Below are positions 40,062-50,800 of a DNA stretch of 64,000 nt, one piece after another (positions within the stretch are counted from its first letter, which is position 1; each line of letters begins with the position of its first letter). Source of the stretch: an uncultured Acidobacteriota bacterium (GTDB taxonomy: Bacteria; Acidobacteriota; Thermoanaerobaculia; Gp7-AA8); contig CAVUKB010000007.1 in NCBI GenBank assembly GCA_963741955.1, positions 928,001 to 992,000 of the forward strand. Reading direction: 5' to 3'. The position numbers were made by a program, and so were the translations under genes. The notes below the pieces were generated by a model, which saw only the letters and a program-made list of their open reading frames with translations, searched no databases and was not told where the DNA came from.

Positions 40062-41000
40062 ATGACGGAACACCGTAAACAAAAGATGCCGCCCCCTCCT
40101 GATGACCAGAGGCGCGAGCAGGAGCAGGTGGGCCGGTCGCGGAAAGACGCGGCCGCCGCGAAGGAGGAGCGCGAGAACCGATTCCAGACTGTCGCCAGCG
40201 TCCGGGCGGAGTTCGAAGCGCTGACGAAGGCCCTCCGCGAAGCGAACGGGCATCTCGTGATGGCCAACCTTCGATCGCAAACGCTTGCCGAGCAGATGAA
40301 TGAGTTGTACGAAGAAGCAAGGCGCGCCATTCAGGCGAAAGACGATTTCTTCAGCACGATCTCGCACGAGTTGCGAACGCCTCTCACGTCGATCAAGGGG
40401 TGGGCGGATCTGCTGGCAGAAAGTCAGGACGTCGCGATAATCACCGAGGCGGCGCGCTCGATTGCCGCCAGCGCCGCGACGCAGGCCCGGCTCATCGATG
40501 ACCTGCTCGACGTCTCCAGAATCATGACCAACAAGTTCGCGATCGCCGAAGCGAGGTTGGACCTGGCGACGGTGATCGACGCCAGCGTGAGCGGAATCTG
40601 GCCCATCGCCATGGAGAAAGGCGTCTCGCTGAGAAAGCAGGTGACGGAGTCCGTTTTCGTCCAGGGTGACGAGGCGCGGCTGAGTCAGGTGCTCTCGAAC
40701 CTTCTGACCAACGCCATCAGATTCACTCCAGCCGATGCGCTGATCGAGATCCGTCTGTCGCGCGAGGGCTCGTTCGGGATCATCGATGTGTCCGACACGG
40801 GGGAGGGGATCTCGGCGGAGTTCCTCCCGTCGGTCTTCGATCGACGCGCCCAGGCCACCGAAAGACGCTTCGCCGGGCTGGGCCTCGGGCTGACCATCGT
40901 CAAGCACATCGTGGAGCTCCATCGCGGCTCGGTCACGGTGAGAAGCGAAGGGGAAGGGAAGGGCGCGACATTCACCGTTCGCATTCCGTCCTTGACATAG
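40062..41000 (+). CDS. Cytoplasmic histidine kinase (coiled coil, HisKA, HATPase)
   Basis: ISHELRTPL, NLLTNA, DTGEGI, GLGLGL; no TM or sensor domain. Confidence 0.9.
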   Translation: MTEHRKQKMPPPPDDQRREQEQVGRSRKDAAAAKEERENRFQTVASVRAEFEALTKALREANGHLVMANLRSQTLAEQMNELYEEARRAIQAKDDFFSTISHELRTPLTSIKGWADLLAESQDVAIITEAARSIAASAATQARLIDDLLDVSRIMTNKFAIAEARLDLATVIDASVSGIWPIAMEKGVSLRKQVTESVFVQGDEARLSQVLSNLLTNAIRFTPADALIEIRLSREGSFGIIDVSDTGEGISAEFLPSVFDRRAQATERRFAGLGLGLTIVKHIVELHRGSVTVRSEGEGKGATFTVRIPSLT

Positions 41001-41034
41001 CCGCGATGAGTGTGGCCGCACTTCGCCTTTTCGG

Positions 41035-41600
41035 ATCGTTGATCGATCCGCTCACGCAACTCGACGCGCGAGTCGGGACTCCCAAAGTTTGGTAAACCGT
41101 GCGTGACGCGCGAGTGGGTGCGTTTCACCAAACTTTTGGAGCTGCGCTGCGAAGACGATCCCGATGTCGGCACACGAGCCGCTCGAAGCTCGACCCCGGA
41201 TCCTTGAAAGTTCGGCCACGATGCTCGGCGACGATGTGGCCGAACTTTCGAGGACCACGGTTCGCCATTCGGGCAGCTGATCGAGCCGTTCACGCAGTTC
41301 GCCCCGCGAATCCGAACTCCAAAAGTTTGGTAGACCGTGCGTGACGCGCGAGTGGGTGCGTTTCACCAAACTTTTGGAGCTGCGCTGCGAAGACGATCCC
41401 GATGTCGGCACACGAGCCGCTCGAAGCTCGACCCCGGATCCTTGAAAGTTCGGCCACGATGCCTGGCCACGGTGTGGCCGAACTTTCAAGGACCAGGGTC
41501 CGCCTTTCGGACCGTTGATCGATCCGTTCACGCAGCTCGATCCGCGAATCCGGGCTCCCAAAGTCTTGGAAACCGTTCCAGACGCGCGAGTCACCCTTTT
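41035..41600. repeat. 238-bp tandem direct repeat (2 full copies plus a partial one) with internal palindromes
   Basis: GCGTGACGCGCGAG at 41101 and 41339; related partial copy at about 43495-43615. Confidence 0.85.
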
Positions 41601-41733
41601 CGAGCGATGGACCGAATGCCCGCAAGTTTCTCGGCTCCCTTCTCCAGAGTCGTCCAGGCCTGATGGTGTAGACTGGCCACGTGGTGGCGACTTTCCCTCT
41701 TCCCTCTCGTCCCGTCTACCATCAAGGAGAATT

Positions 41734-43455
41734 ATGAGCTCGCGCAGAAATTGGGTTCTCTTCGTCTCGGTCACGTTGTTCGTCCTGTTCGGCACCCCGG
41801 TATTCGCCGGCTTCTCGGGAACCGACCTGATTCTCCCCGCCGCGGGGCGCGTCCTCGGGGCAGGAGGTTCGGAGTTCCTCACCACGGGGTGGGTGACGAA
41901 CCCAAACGACGAGGCCGTCGACGTGCAGTACCAGTTCCTCGAAGCGGGCCAGGCAAATCCCAACCCGGTCACGGTGACCGACACCTTGAGCGCGGGGCAG
42001 ACGAAGACCTACGAGAACCTCGCGGAGACGCTCTTCGGCAGGAACGGCGTCCTCGGCGCGGTGAGGGTACGGTCGTCCGCGCGGATCCTCGCCTCTGCGC
42101 GCATCTACAGTCAGGCGCCCGGGGCCACGATCGCGAACACCAACGGCGCCTACTTTGCGGCGGTGCCGTCGAGCTTCGCCATCGGTCAGGGCGAACAGGC
42201 GTCGCTCCAGGGGGTCAGCCAGACCGCCGACTTCCGCTACAACTTCTTGATGGTGGAAGTGAGCGGAGTGCAGACCCTCGTGCAGGTTCGTCTGCGAGAC
42301 GGTGCTGGAGGGGAGCTGGCAACGAAGACCTACTCGCTGCGCCCCTGGGAGCAGATGCTCGTGAGCACGAGCGATCTCGCGCCCGGGATCATGGTGGACG
42401 GCGGCCGGATCGATGCGACGGTGGTAAGCGATCAAGGGCGCGCCATCCTCGCAGGATCGCTCGTCGCCAACGGCAGCCAGGACGCCACGGGGTTCGAGAT
42501 GAGCTTCAAGAGCGATCTGCTCGCTGAGAACGCACAGCGCGTCGTCTCGCTCAACGATCTGAGCGGCGTGCTCACGCTGACGGGAGGCCCCGGCGTCACG
42601 ATCACGCCGTCGGGAAGCAACATCAACATTGATGCGACCGGGGCGATCGGCCCGATGGGTCCCAGGGGACCGGCGGGACCAACGGGAGCTACGGGAGCGA
42701 CGGGTCCCATTGGACCCGCCGGAGCGATTGGACCGGCAGGTCCGGCAGGTCCGGTAGGAGCTACAGGAGCGACGGGTCCCATTGGACCAGCCGGAGCGAT
42801 TGGCCCGGCAGGCCCGGCAGGCCCGGCAGGGGCTACAGGAGCGACAGGTCCAGCGGGCCCGGCAGGCCCGGTAGGGGCCACAGGGGCGACAGGTCCTATC
42901 GGACCCACCGGCGCCACGGGACCGATCGGACCCACGGGTGCAACGGGCGCAACAGGTGCAACGGGACCCACCGGGGCAACCGGCGCCACGGGACCCATCG
43001 GACCCGCCGGGCCCGCCGGGGCCAACGGACTCATCGACTTCGCGCAGTTCTATGCGCTGATGCCTCCCGACAATGCCGCACCCGTTGCCCCTGGTACAGC
43101 TGTAGGATTTCCACAGGATGGGCCCAGCAGCGGCTCCGGGGTCATCGCCCGGATCAGTAGTTCCTCGTTCAATCTGGCCAGCATCGGGGTCTATCAGATT
43201 CAGTTTCTCGTGAGTGTGAGTGAGCCCGGACAGTTCGTGGTGACTTTGAACGGCGTCGAGCTCCCGTACACGGTCTTCGGCCGCGCGACGGGCACGAGCC
43301 AGATTGCAGGAAGCTGTCTCGTGGAGACGAGCGCGATCAACTCCATACTCACCATCCAAAACCCGGTGGGAAGCAGCACGGCGCTGACCGTTACACCGGT
43401 TGCCGGTGGAGTCGATCCTGCTGCCGCAAGTCTCGTGATCACACAGATCAAGTGA
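41734..43455 (+). CDS. Secreted collagen-like protein with BclA-like C-terminal domain
   Basis: Signal peptide, about 43 Gly-X-Y triplets, C-terminal beta-rich domain (GVYQI.F.VSV.E.GQ...LNG). Confidence 0.8.
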   Translation: MSSRRNWVLFVSVTLFVLFGTPVFAGFSGTDLILPAAGRVLGAGGSEFLTTGWVTNPNDEAVDVQYQFLEAGQANPNPVTVTDTLSAGQTKTYENLAETLFGRNGVLGAVRVRSSARILASARIYSQAPGATIANTNGAYFAAVPSSFAIGQGEQASLQGVSQTADFRYNFLMVEVSGVQTLVQVRLRDGAGGELATKTYSLRPWEQMLVSTSDLAPGIMVDGGRIDATVVSDQGRAILAGSLVANGSQDATGFEMSFKSDLLAENAQRVVSLNDLSGVLTLTGGPGVTITPSGSNINIDATGAIGPMGPRGPAGPTGATGATGPIGPAGAIGPAGPAGPVGATGATGPIGPAGAIGPAGPAGPAGATGATGPAGPAGPVGATGATGPIGPTGATGPIGPTGATGATGATGPTGATGATGPIGPAGPAGANGLIDFAQFYALMPPDNAAPVAPGTAVGFPQDGPSSGSGVIARISSSSFNLASIGVYQIQFLVSVSEPGQFVVTLNGVELPYTVFGRATGTSQIAGSCLVETSAINSILTIQNPVGSSTALTVTPVAGGVDPAAASLVITQIK

Positions 43456-43657
43456 CTGTTTGTCGTCGATGATCGCCTGGCGATCTCGTACGGGTGGCCG
43501 ACCTTTCAAGGACCACGGTCTGCCATCCGGACCGTGGATCGATCCGCTCACGCGGCTCGACCCGCGAGTCGGGGCTCCCAAAGTTCGGTAAACCGAGCGT
43601 GACGCGCGAGTGGGGCCTCTCGAGCCAGACGTCGCCACTGTCCGACGTCCTCGCAGG

Positions 43658-44050
43658 AAGGCTTCGCTTCTGCCGGAGGGATGGTCTCGATCCGATCTGA
43701 ACACGACTGTCGAGGCGGATCAGAGGATCCGCGCCCCTCGGCGGCGTTCGTTTTGGGGTGCGAATCCTCCGATTCGCCGCGTAGACCTTGTTAGATACGA
43801 TGAAGACGGCGGCTGCGGCTGGACGCGGAGCGTTCGAGGTCATCGCGGAAAGGCTTCGCTTCTGCCGGAGGGATGGTCTCGATCCGATCTGAACACGACT
43901 GTCGAGGCGGATCAGAGGATCCGCGCCCCCTCGGCGACGTTCGTTTTGGGGTGCGAATCCTCCGATTCGCCGCGTAGATCTTGATAGATACGATGAAGAC
44001 GGCGGCTGCGGCTGGACGCGGAGCGTTCGAGGTCATCGCAGGAAGGCTTC
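43658..44050. repeat. 192-bp tandem duplication of a dispersed palindromic repeat family
   Basis: Two near-identical units containing GCGGATCAGAGGATCCGC. Confidence 0.85.
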
Positions 44051-44168
44051 GCGATTGCCCGGATCGTGGTGATACGACTGCCGCGCCTGAGCCGCGCTCG
44101 GCGCGGCGGATTACAAATCCGCACTCCAGAGGGATGCGACCTGGACGATCGTACCAACTCGATTCACT

Positions 44169-47100
44169 CTACTTCGATGAGGTCTTCTCCTCGGTCACGA
44201 TCAGCGCGGGGATCTTCGCTTCCGCTGCCATCGCGTTGAACGCGGGAAGGTCCGTCTTCCACACCGCGTCGATCTTCGCCAGCTCCGCGTCGATCTTCTG
44301 GTCGATCTCCTTCTTCACCGCGATCTGCTGCGCCGTCGGGGCGTTGTCTCCGACCGCAGCCGACGATCCGACTTCCGCGAGCTTGTTGTTCAACTTGATC
44401 GGGAAGTTCAGCGGATCTTCTTCCGCCTTGTTCTTCGTCTGGTACAGAGCTTCTTCCACCGCAGTCATCTTCTTGTCGATGTCCTTCGCCGTGTCGAGGA
44501 GCTTCTTCGCATCCTCGCGACCGGCGAGCCTCGTCTTCAGCTCGTCGAGCTGCGCGCGCACTTCGCGGATCTTCTTCACCGTGTCGTTCACGGTGGAGAG
44601 TCTGTTGCGCACGTCCATGAGAAACGCGAACTGCGCCTCGAGGTCCGCCTGCGTCGCGGACGAGCGCGGATCGGCAACCACCGTGAACGGCGCAGTGGCG
44701 GTCTTGTCGCCCACCGTGAGTCGCGCGGTATACGTCCCGGGGACGATCTTCGGTCCTTGCGTCTCGCCGCCCCAGAGGATCATTCCCTTGAACTCGTCGG
44801 CGTCCGGATAACGGAGATTCCAGACGAAACGGTTCATCCCCGGCACCACGTCCTTCAGTTTGTCCTTCTCTTTCTCTCCCGTCACGACGTGCCCTTCCTT
44901 CTCCCCGGGCACCGCCGCCTCGGCTTCTTCGCCCTTCTCCGCGGCGGCGGCCGCGGGAGACGGCGTTCCGTTCCCCATCGCCACCGCGACTTCCTTCGGC
45001 GCCTTCTCTCCTGCTTTGCCGCTGAATTCGCGGATCGCCTTGCCGTCCTGGTCGAGGAACGCGAGCTTCACGTCGGTCCCCTTCTTCACGCCGTCGAGCC
45101 AGTAGTGGACGACGACGCCGTTCGGAGGGTTCGTCCCCTGGTTGTGCGGCGCGCGGTATCCGAACGCCTGAAGCCGGATCGTGGGGTCAGGTGTGAAGAT
45201 GTGCATCGAATCGGCGGCGATCCCGTCGTTCATCTGGCGCAGCACGCCGAGGTCGTCGAGAATCCAGAAGCCGCGCCCCTCGGTGGCGGCGATGAGATCG
45301 TTGCCGTGCACCAGGAGATCGGTGACCGGAGTGATGGGGAGTTTCAGCTGCAACGGCTGCCACTTCGCGCCATCGTCGAACGAGACCCACACCCCTTTCT
45401 CCGTCCCTGCGTAGAGGAGCCCTTTGCGCTTCGGGTCGACGCGCACCACGCGGGTGAACTGATCGCGGTCGATGCCGCCGTCGATGCGGCTCCAGCTCTG
45501 ACCGTAATCAGTGGTCTTGTAGAGATACGGCTGGCCGTCGTCGGACTTGTACATCGTGCCGGCGACGTACGCCGACCCTGCGTCCCACGGGCTCGCGTCG
45601 ATCGCATTGATCATGATCCACTGCGGCATTCCCTTCGGAGTGACGTCGGCCCAGTGGGCGCCGCCGTCGCGGGTGACGTGAATCATGCCGTCGTCGGAAC
45701 CGGCCCAGAGGACCTTCGCATCGAGCGGTGACTCGGCGACCGCGAAGATCGTGCCGTAGTACTCGACGCTGGTGTTGTCCTTCGTGATCGGGCCGCCGGT
45801 CGGTCCCATCTTCGACGTGTCGTTGCGGGTGAGGTCGGGACTGATCTTCGTCCAGCTCGCGCCAGCGTCGCGGGACTCGAGGAGAACCTGCGACGCGGCG
45901 TACAGGACGTTCGGATCGTGCTTCGACGTGAGGATGGGGAAGTTCCACTGGAACCGATGCGCGAGATCCGCGTCGCCCCACCCCATCGGATTGTCGGGCC
46001 ACGGGTTGATGTCGCGCACCTCGCCGGTGCGATGGTTGAGCCGGATCAGGAGTCCGCCGTACGAGCCGCCGTAGACGACGTCGGGATCGTCCGGTTTGGC
46101 GACGATGTAGCCGCTCTCGCCGCCGGCGGTCGGCTCCCAGTCGTCCTCACCGATTCCCGGACCGGTGGAGCGGCTGCGGATCCGCAGCGCGCTGTTGTCC
46201 TGCTGCGCGCCGAGGAGCCGGTAGGGGAAGGCGGTGTCGGTGGAGACGCGGTAGATCTGCGCGGTGGGCTGGTTGTCTTCGGTGGTCCAGTTCGCGCCGC
46301 CGTCGACGGTGACGTTCACGCCGCCGTCGTTCGCTTCGATCATCCGGAGCGGGTCGTCGGGGGCGATCCAGAGGTCGTGGTTGTCTCCGTGCCGGGTGCG
46401 GATGGAGCTGAACGTCTTCCCGCCGTCCTTCGATTTGAGGAAGCGGACGTTGACGGCATAGACCGTCTCTTCGTCCTTCGGGTCGGCGAAGACGCGGCTG
46501 TAGTACCAGGCGCGCTGGGTCAGGTCGTGGCTGTCGCTGACCTTCTTCCAGCTCCTGCCTGCATCCTGGGAGCGGAAGAGGCCTCCCTCTTTCGCTTCGA
46601 CGATGGCGTAGAGGTTGTCGTGATTGGTCGGGGAGACGGTGATGCCGATCTTCCCGATCGGACCCTTCGGCATCCCGGGATGTCCGGTGAGGTCGGTCCA
46701 GGTGTCGCCCCCATCGGTGGACTTCCACAGACCTGACCCCTCACCGCCGCTCTCGAAGGAGTACGCGGTGCGGCGGACGCGCCAGGTGGTGGCGTAGAGA
46801 ATGCGGGAGTTGGTGGGATCGAGAATGAGATCGTCCGCACCGGCGTCGGGGCCGACGTAGAGTACGCGCTGCCAGTTCTTTCCGCCGTCTCTGGAGCGGT
46901 AGACGCCGCGCATCGGGTTGGGGCCGAAGAGGTGTCCGATCGCGGCGACGTAGACGAGATCGGGGTCGTGCGGGTCGATGCGGATGCGTCCGATGTGGCG
47001 GGAGTCGTCGAGTCCGACGTGGGTCCACGTCTTCCCGGCGTCGACGGATTTCCACACGCCGCTCCCGGCGGTGACGTTGCCGCGGACGGTCTCCTCGCCG

Positions 47101-47462
47101 GTGCCGGCATAGACGACGTTGGGGTCGGAATCCGCGACGGCGACGGCGCCGATCGAGCCGCCGAAGAAGCCGTCCGAGACGTTCGTCCAGTTCTCGCCGC
47201 CGTCGGTGGTCTTCCAGACCCCGCCGCCGGAAGAGCCGAAGTAGTAGACGTTCGGCTGGGAGGGGAGGCCGGTGACCGCGTCGGCGCGGCCGCCGCGGTA
47301 GGGTCCGATCTCGCGCCACTGGAGCGACTCGAAGAGGGCGGGATCGACGGCGGCTTTGGCGGAGTCCTTCGCGCTCTTCGCCGGGCGCGCGAGCGCGGGA
47401 AGGGCGAGAAGCATCAGGAGGGCGAATGTGGATACGACGGAACGTCGAACGGAAGGCATCAT
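44169..47462 (-). CDS. VPS10/BNR-repeat beta-propeller protein (glycosyl hydrolase-like)
   Basis: Signal peptide, WREIGPYRGGR, many S.D.G.TW Asp-boxes, C-terminal coiled region. Confidence 0.9.
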   Translation of the reverse strand: MMPSVRRSVVSTFALLMLLALPALARPAKSAKDSAKAAVDPALFESLQWREIGPYRGGRADAVTGLPSQPNVYYFGSSGGGVWKTTDGGENWTNVSDGFFGGSIGAVAVADSDPNVVYAGTGEETVRGNVTAGSGVWKSVDAGKTWTHVGLDDSRHIGRIRIDPHDPDLVYVAAIGHLFGPNPMRGVYRSRDGGKNWQRVLYVGPDAGADDLILDPTNSRILYATTWRVRRTAYSFESGGEGSGLWKSTDGGDTWTDLTGHPGMPKGPIGKIGITVSPTNHDNLYAIVEAKEGGLFRSQDAGRSWKKVSDSHDLTQRAWYYSRVFADPKDEETVYAVNVRFLKSKDGGKTFSSIRTRHGDNHDLWIAPDDPLRMIEANDGGVNVTVDGGANWTTEDNQPTAQIYRVSTDTAFPYRLLGAQQDNSALRIRSRSTGPGIGEDDWEPTAGGESGYIVAKPDDPDVVYGGSYGGLLIRLNHRTGEVRDINPWPDNPMGWGDADLAHRFQWNFPILTSKHDPNVLYAASQVLLESRDAGASWTKISPDLTRNDTSKMGPTGGPITKDNTSVEYYGTIFAVAESPLDAKVLWAGSDDGMIHVTRDGGAHWADVTPKGMPQWIMINAIDASPWDAGSAYVAGTMYKSDDGQPYLYKTTDYGQSWSRIDGGIDRDQFTRVVRVDPKRKGLLYAGTEKGVWVSFDDGAKWQPLQLKLPITPVTDLLVHGNDLIAATEGRGFWILDDLGVLRQMNDGIAADSMHIFTPDPTIRLQAFGYRAPHNQGTNPPNGVVVHYWLDGVKKGTDVKLAFLDQDGKAIREFSGKAGEKAPKEVAVAMGNGTPSPAAAAAEKGEEAEAAVPGEKEGHVVTGEKEKDKLKDVVPGMNRFVWNLRYPDADEFKGMILWGGETQGPKIVPGTYTARLTVGDKTATAPFTVVADPRSSATQADLEAQFAFLMDVRNRLSTVNDTVKKIREVRAQLDELKTRLAGREDAKKLLDTAKDIDKKMTAVEEALYQTKNKAEEDPLNFPIKLNNKLAEVGSSAAVGDNAPTAQQIAVKKEIDQKIDAELAKIDAVWKTDLPAFNAMAAEAKIPALIVTEEKTSSK

Positions 47463-47875
47463 CGGAATCTCCTGCGCGGTTCGGTGTCGGCGGCGTGAAC
47501 CGCGCTCGACACTATACCGCGTGCGAATCATCCGGTTTCCGATTTTAGGTTCACGCCGGAGATCCGTGCGTTCCGCTGTCGACGCGGAGTCGAAATTCCC
47601 GCAGGTCGCGCGAGCACACGGTGCTGCGTATGGGGAACGTGAGCCGGCTCGCGAGGCTCAGTCGTCGGTGTCGCCGATTTCAGCGGCGCGGCGGAAGACG
47701 TCTCGTATTTCATTCGCGCGCGACGCTGCACGATGGGTCTCCCCGCGGTCGACACCGTTCTGTTGAACTGCGGACGGCGCGTGATACGCTCTTCGTTTCA
47801 TCCCATGCCCGACTCCCGCCGGCGGATCCCCGTTCGGCACCGGATCGTGCTGAGTGCAGTTCCGCGGAGGTCTCG

Positions 47876-50800
47876 ATGAACATCAGGCTCAACTCGCCGC
47901 TGATCCGAACTCTGACGCTCGTGACCTTCGCGCTCACGGTTGGGGCGACCGCCCGCGCTGAAGCTCCATACTTCAGCAAGGCCTTTTCGCCTCAGGTCAT
48001 CGGGCCGGGAAGCGTGAGCACGCTGACCTTCACCATCAGTACCGCGGGGGAAGATTTTCCTGCGCCTGCCGACGATCTTGCCTTCACCGATGCGCTTCCT
48101 GCCGGGATGACTCTCGCGGCGCCGGCGATGGCCGGAACCGACTGTGCCGGAGGGGCGGTGAGTGCCCCCGACGGCGGATCGACGATCGGCTTCTCCGGTG
48201 GCCGGCTCGGGGTGGGGCTTCAGTGTCACGTCTGGGCCAACGTCACCGCTTCGACAGCCGGCACCTATACCAACGTGTCCGCCTCTCTGACGTCGGATCA
48301 GGGTGACAGCGGGACTGCCGCGGCGGACCTTACGGTGAGCTCGAGCCTCCCCCGATTCACCAAGGACTTTTCCCCTTCGACCGTGACCTTGAACCACGCC
48401 TCGACCCTGACGTTCACCATCGACGACTCCGCGATCCCGGCGTTCGTTGTCAGTCTCGGTTTTACGGACAATCTTCCGGCCGGTCTCCAGGTGGCCAGTC
48501 CGGCCAACGTCGTGAACACGTGCGGAGGCGCCGTCACCGCCACGGCCGGATCGAGCAGCATCTCTTTCGCAGGGGGATTTCTCGCCGCCAATGCGATCTG
48601 TTCGATCGCCGTGGACGTGATCCCGGTGCTCGCCGGGCAGATGGACAACGTGACCAGCGCCCTCACTTCGACCGCTGGAAATGGCGGAAAGGCATCGGCG
48701 TCGCTGCAGGTGCAGCAGAACGTTCTGGTCAAGGCGTTCACCGACGATCCGGTCGCGCCCGGAACGATGGGAACTCTGCAGTTCACGGTGACGAACTTCA
48801 ATCGATCCGACGCGATGAGCGGCGTTGCGTTCACGGACGATCTCGACGCGGCACTGAGTGGAATGGCTGCCGTCGGTCTCCCGCAGAACGACGTCTGCGG
48901 AGCGGGTTCCTCGCTCAGCGGCACCAGTCTGGTCAGTCTCACCGGGGGAACTCTCGGTGCAGGCGAATCCTGCACGTTCAGCGTGCCGTTCCAGGTGCCT
49001 GCTTCGACGAGCGCCGGAAGCTACGTGAATACCACCAGCTCCGTGTCGTACACAGTGGGGGGCGTGGGGCAGACGGGTCCCCCCGGATCCGATACGCTGC
49101 AGGTCGTCGCTTATCCATTGCTGACCAAGACGTTCACCGACGATCCGGTGGCTGCCGGCGGGACGGCGACGATGGAGTTCACGATCACCAATTCCGACCC
49201 GACGAATGCCGCCAGCGCGATCACGTTCACCGACAATCTGGCGAACATGCTCGCGGGAACGACCATCAATATGCTTCCCGCATCCGGGTTCTGTGGTGGC
49301 GGCTCGACCGCCATCCAGTACTCGCCGGCACCTGGAGAGTTCGGGCTGTTGGTGCAGGGCGCCTCGCTTCCGGCAGGAGGGAGTTGCACGTTCGATGTGG
49401 TTCTGAACGTTCCCGCAGGTGCAACGGCGGGAACGTACACGAACACGACCGCCCCGATCACGGCGACGGTCAACGCCACCAGCGTGACCGGCAAATCGGC
49501 CAGTGACGACCTCGTCGTCGCCTCGGCACCGCTGCTGAGGAAGAATTTCATCGACGATCCGGTCGAAGCCGGCAACACGGGAACCCTTCGGTTCACGCTC
49601 ACCGCGAACGCGAACGCGACGGGGAGCGTGACCGGAATCGGCTTCACCGACGACCTCGACGCCACCCTCTCCGGACTGGTGTCGACCGGCTTGCCTGTCG
49701 ACGGGTTCTGCGGCGCGGGTTCGACGTTGACCGGGACGTCGGTTCTGACGATGTCGGGCGGCATGCTGGCTCCCGGCGAGACGTGTACGTTCGACGTCGT
49801 GTTTCAGGTCCCCGCGGCTGCCTCGCCTGGAAGCTACACGAACACGACCAGCACCGTCAGTGCGATCGAGCTCGGTCTGCCGGTCACTGGAGCCGCCGCC
49901 AGCGACAGCCTGGTCGTGAGCAGACTTCAACTCACGAAGACGTTCGTCGGCGACCCGGTCGCCGCAGGAAGCAGCGTGGTGCTTCATTTCGACCTGACCA
50001 ACCAGAGCTCTCTCGGCGATTACACCAACATCGCTTTCACGGACAATCTCAGCTCCGCTCTCGCCGGACTGACGGCCACGGGGCTCCCGCTCAACGACGT
50101 CTGCGGTGTCGGCTCACAGATCACCGGCACCACCACTCTCGTATTCACCGGCGGCTCCGTCCCCGCTGGGAGCAGCTGTTCGTTCGACGTACCGCTGCAG
50201 GTGCCCGCGGCCGCCAGTGCCGGCGACTATTTCAACACCACCAGTGCCGTTGCCGCGGACTTCAATGCCAATCCTCAGACACTTTCGCCGGCGTCGGACG
50301 TTCTCTCGATCCGCGATCCGCTGACGCTGATGAAGGAATTCACGGACGACCCGGTCGCGCCGGGGGACACCGTCACGCTGCAGTTCACCATCTACGACAA
50401 CGTGGCCCAACCGGCGACCGGTATCAGCTTTACCGACGATCTCGACGCCGCGCTCTCAGGACTGGTCGCGGTCGGACTGCCGATGAACGACGTCTGCGGC
50501 GCGGGGTCGGTCCTGAGCGGAACCAGCGTGATCTCCCTGACCGGCGGCAATCTGCCGGCTTCCGGCACGTGCACGTTCCAGCTCACGCTTCAGGTTCCCG
50601 CGTCGGTTCCCGCGGGAACGTCTCCGGTCAACACCACCAGCCAGATCAGCGGGACGGTGGGCGGGAATTCATTCTCCGGTGCAGCGGCCTCGGACACGCT
50701 TCTCCTCGACTTCATCACGTTCGGTAAGGCGTTCGCCGGCGCCATCGGTGCAGGAGGAACGGTCGATCTGACGTTCACCATCGACAATCTCGATCCCTCG

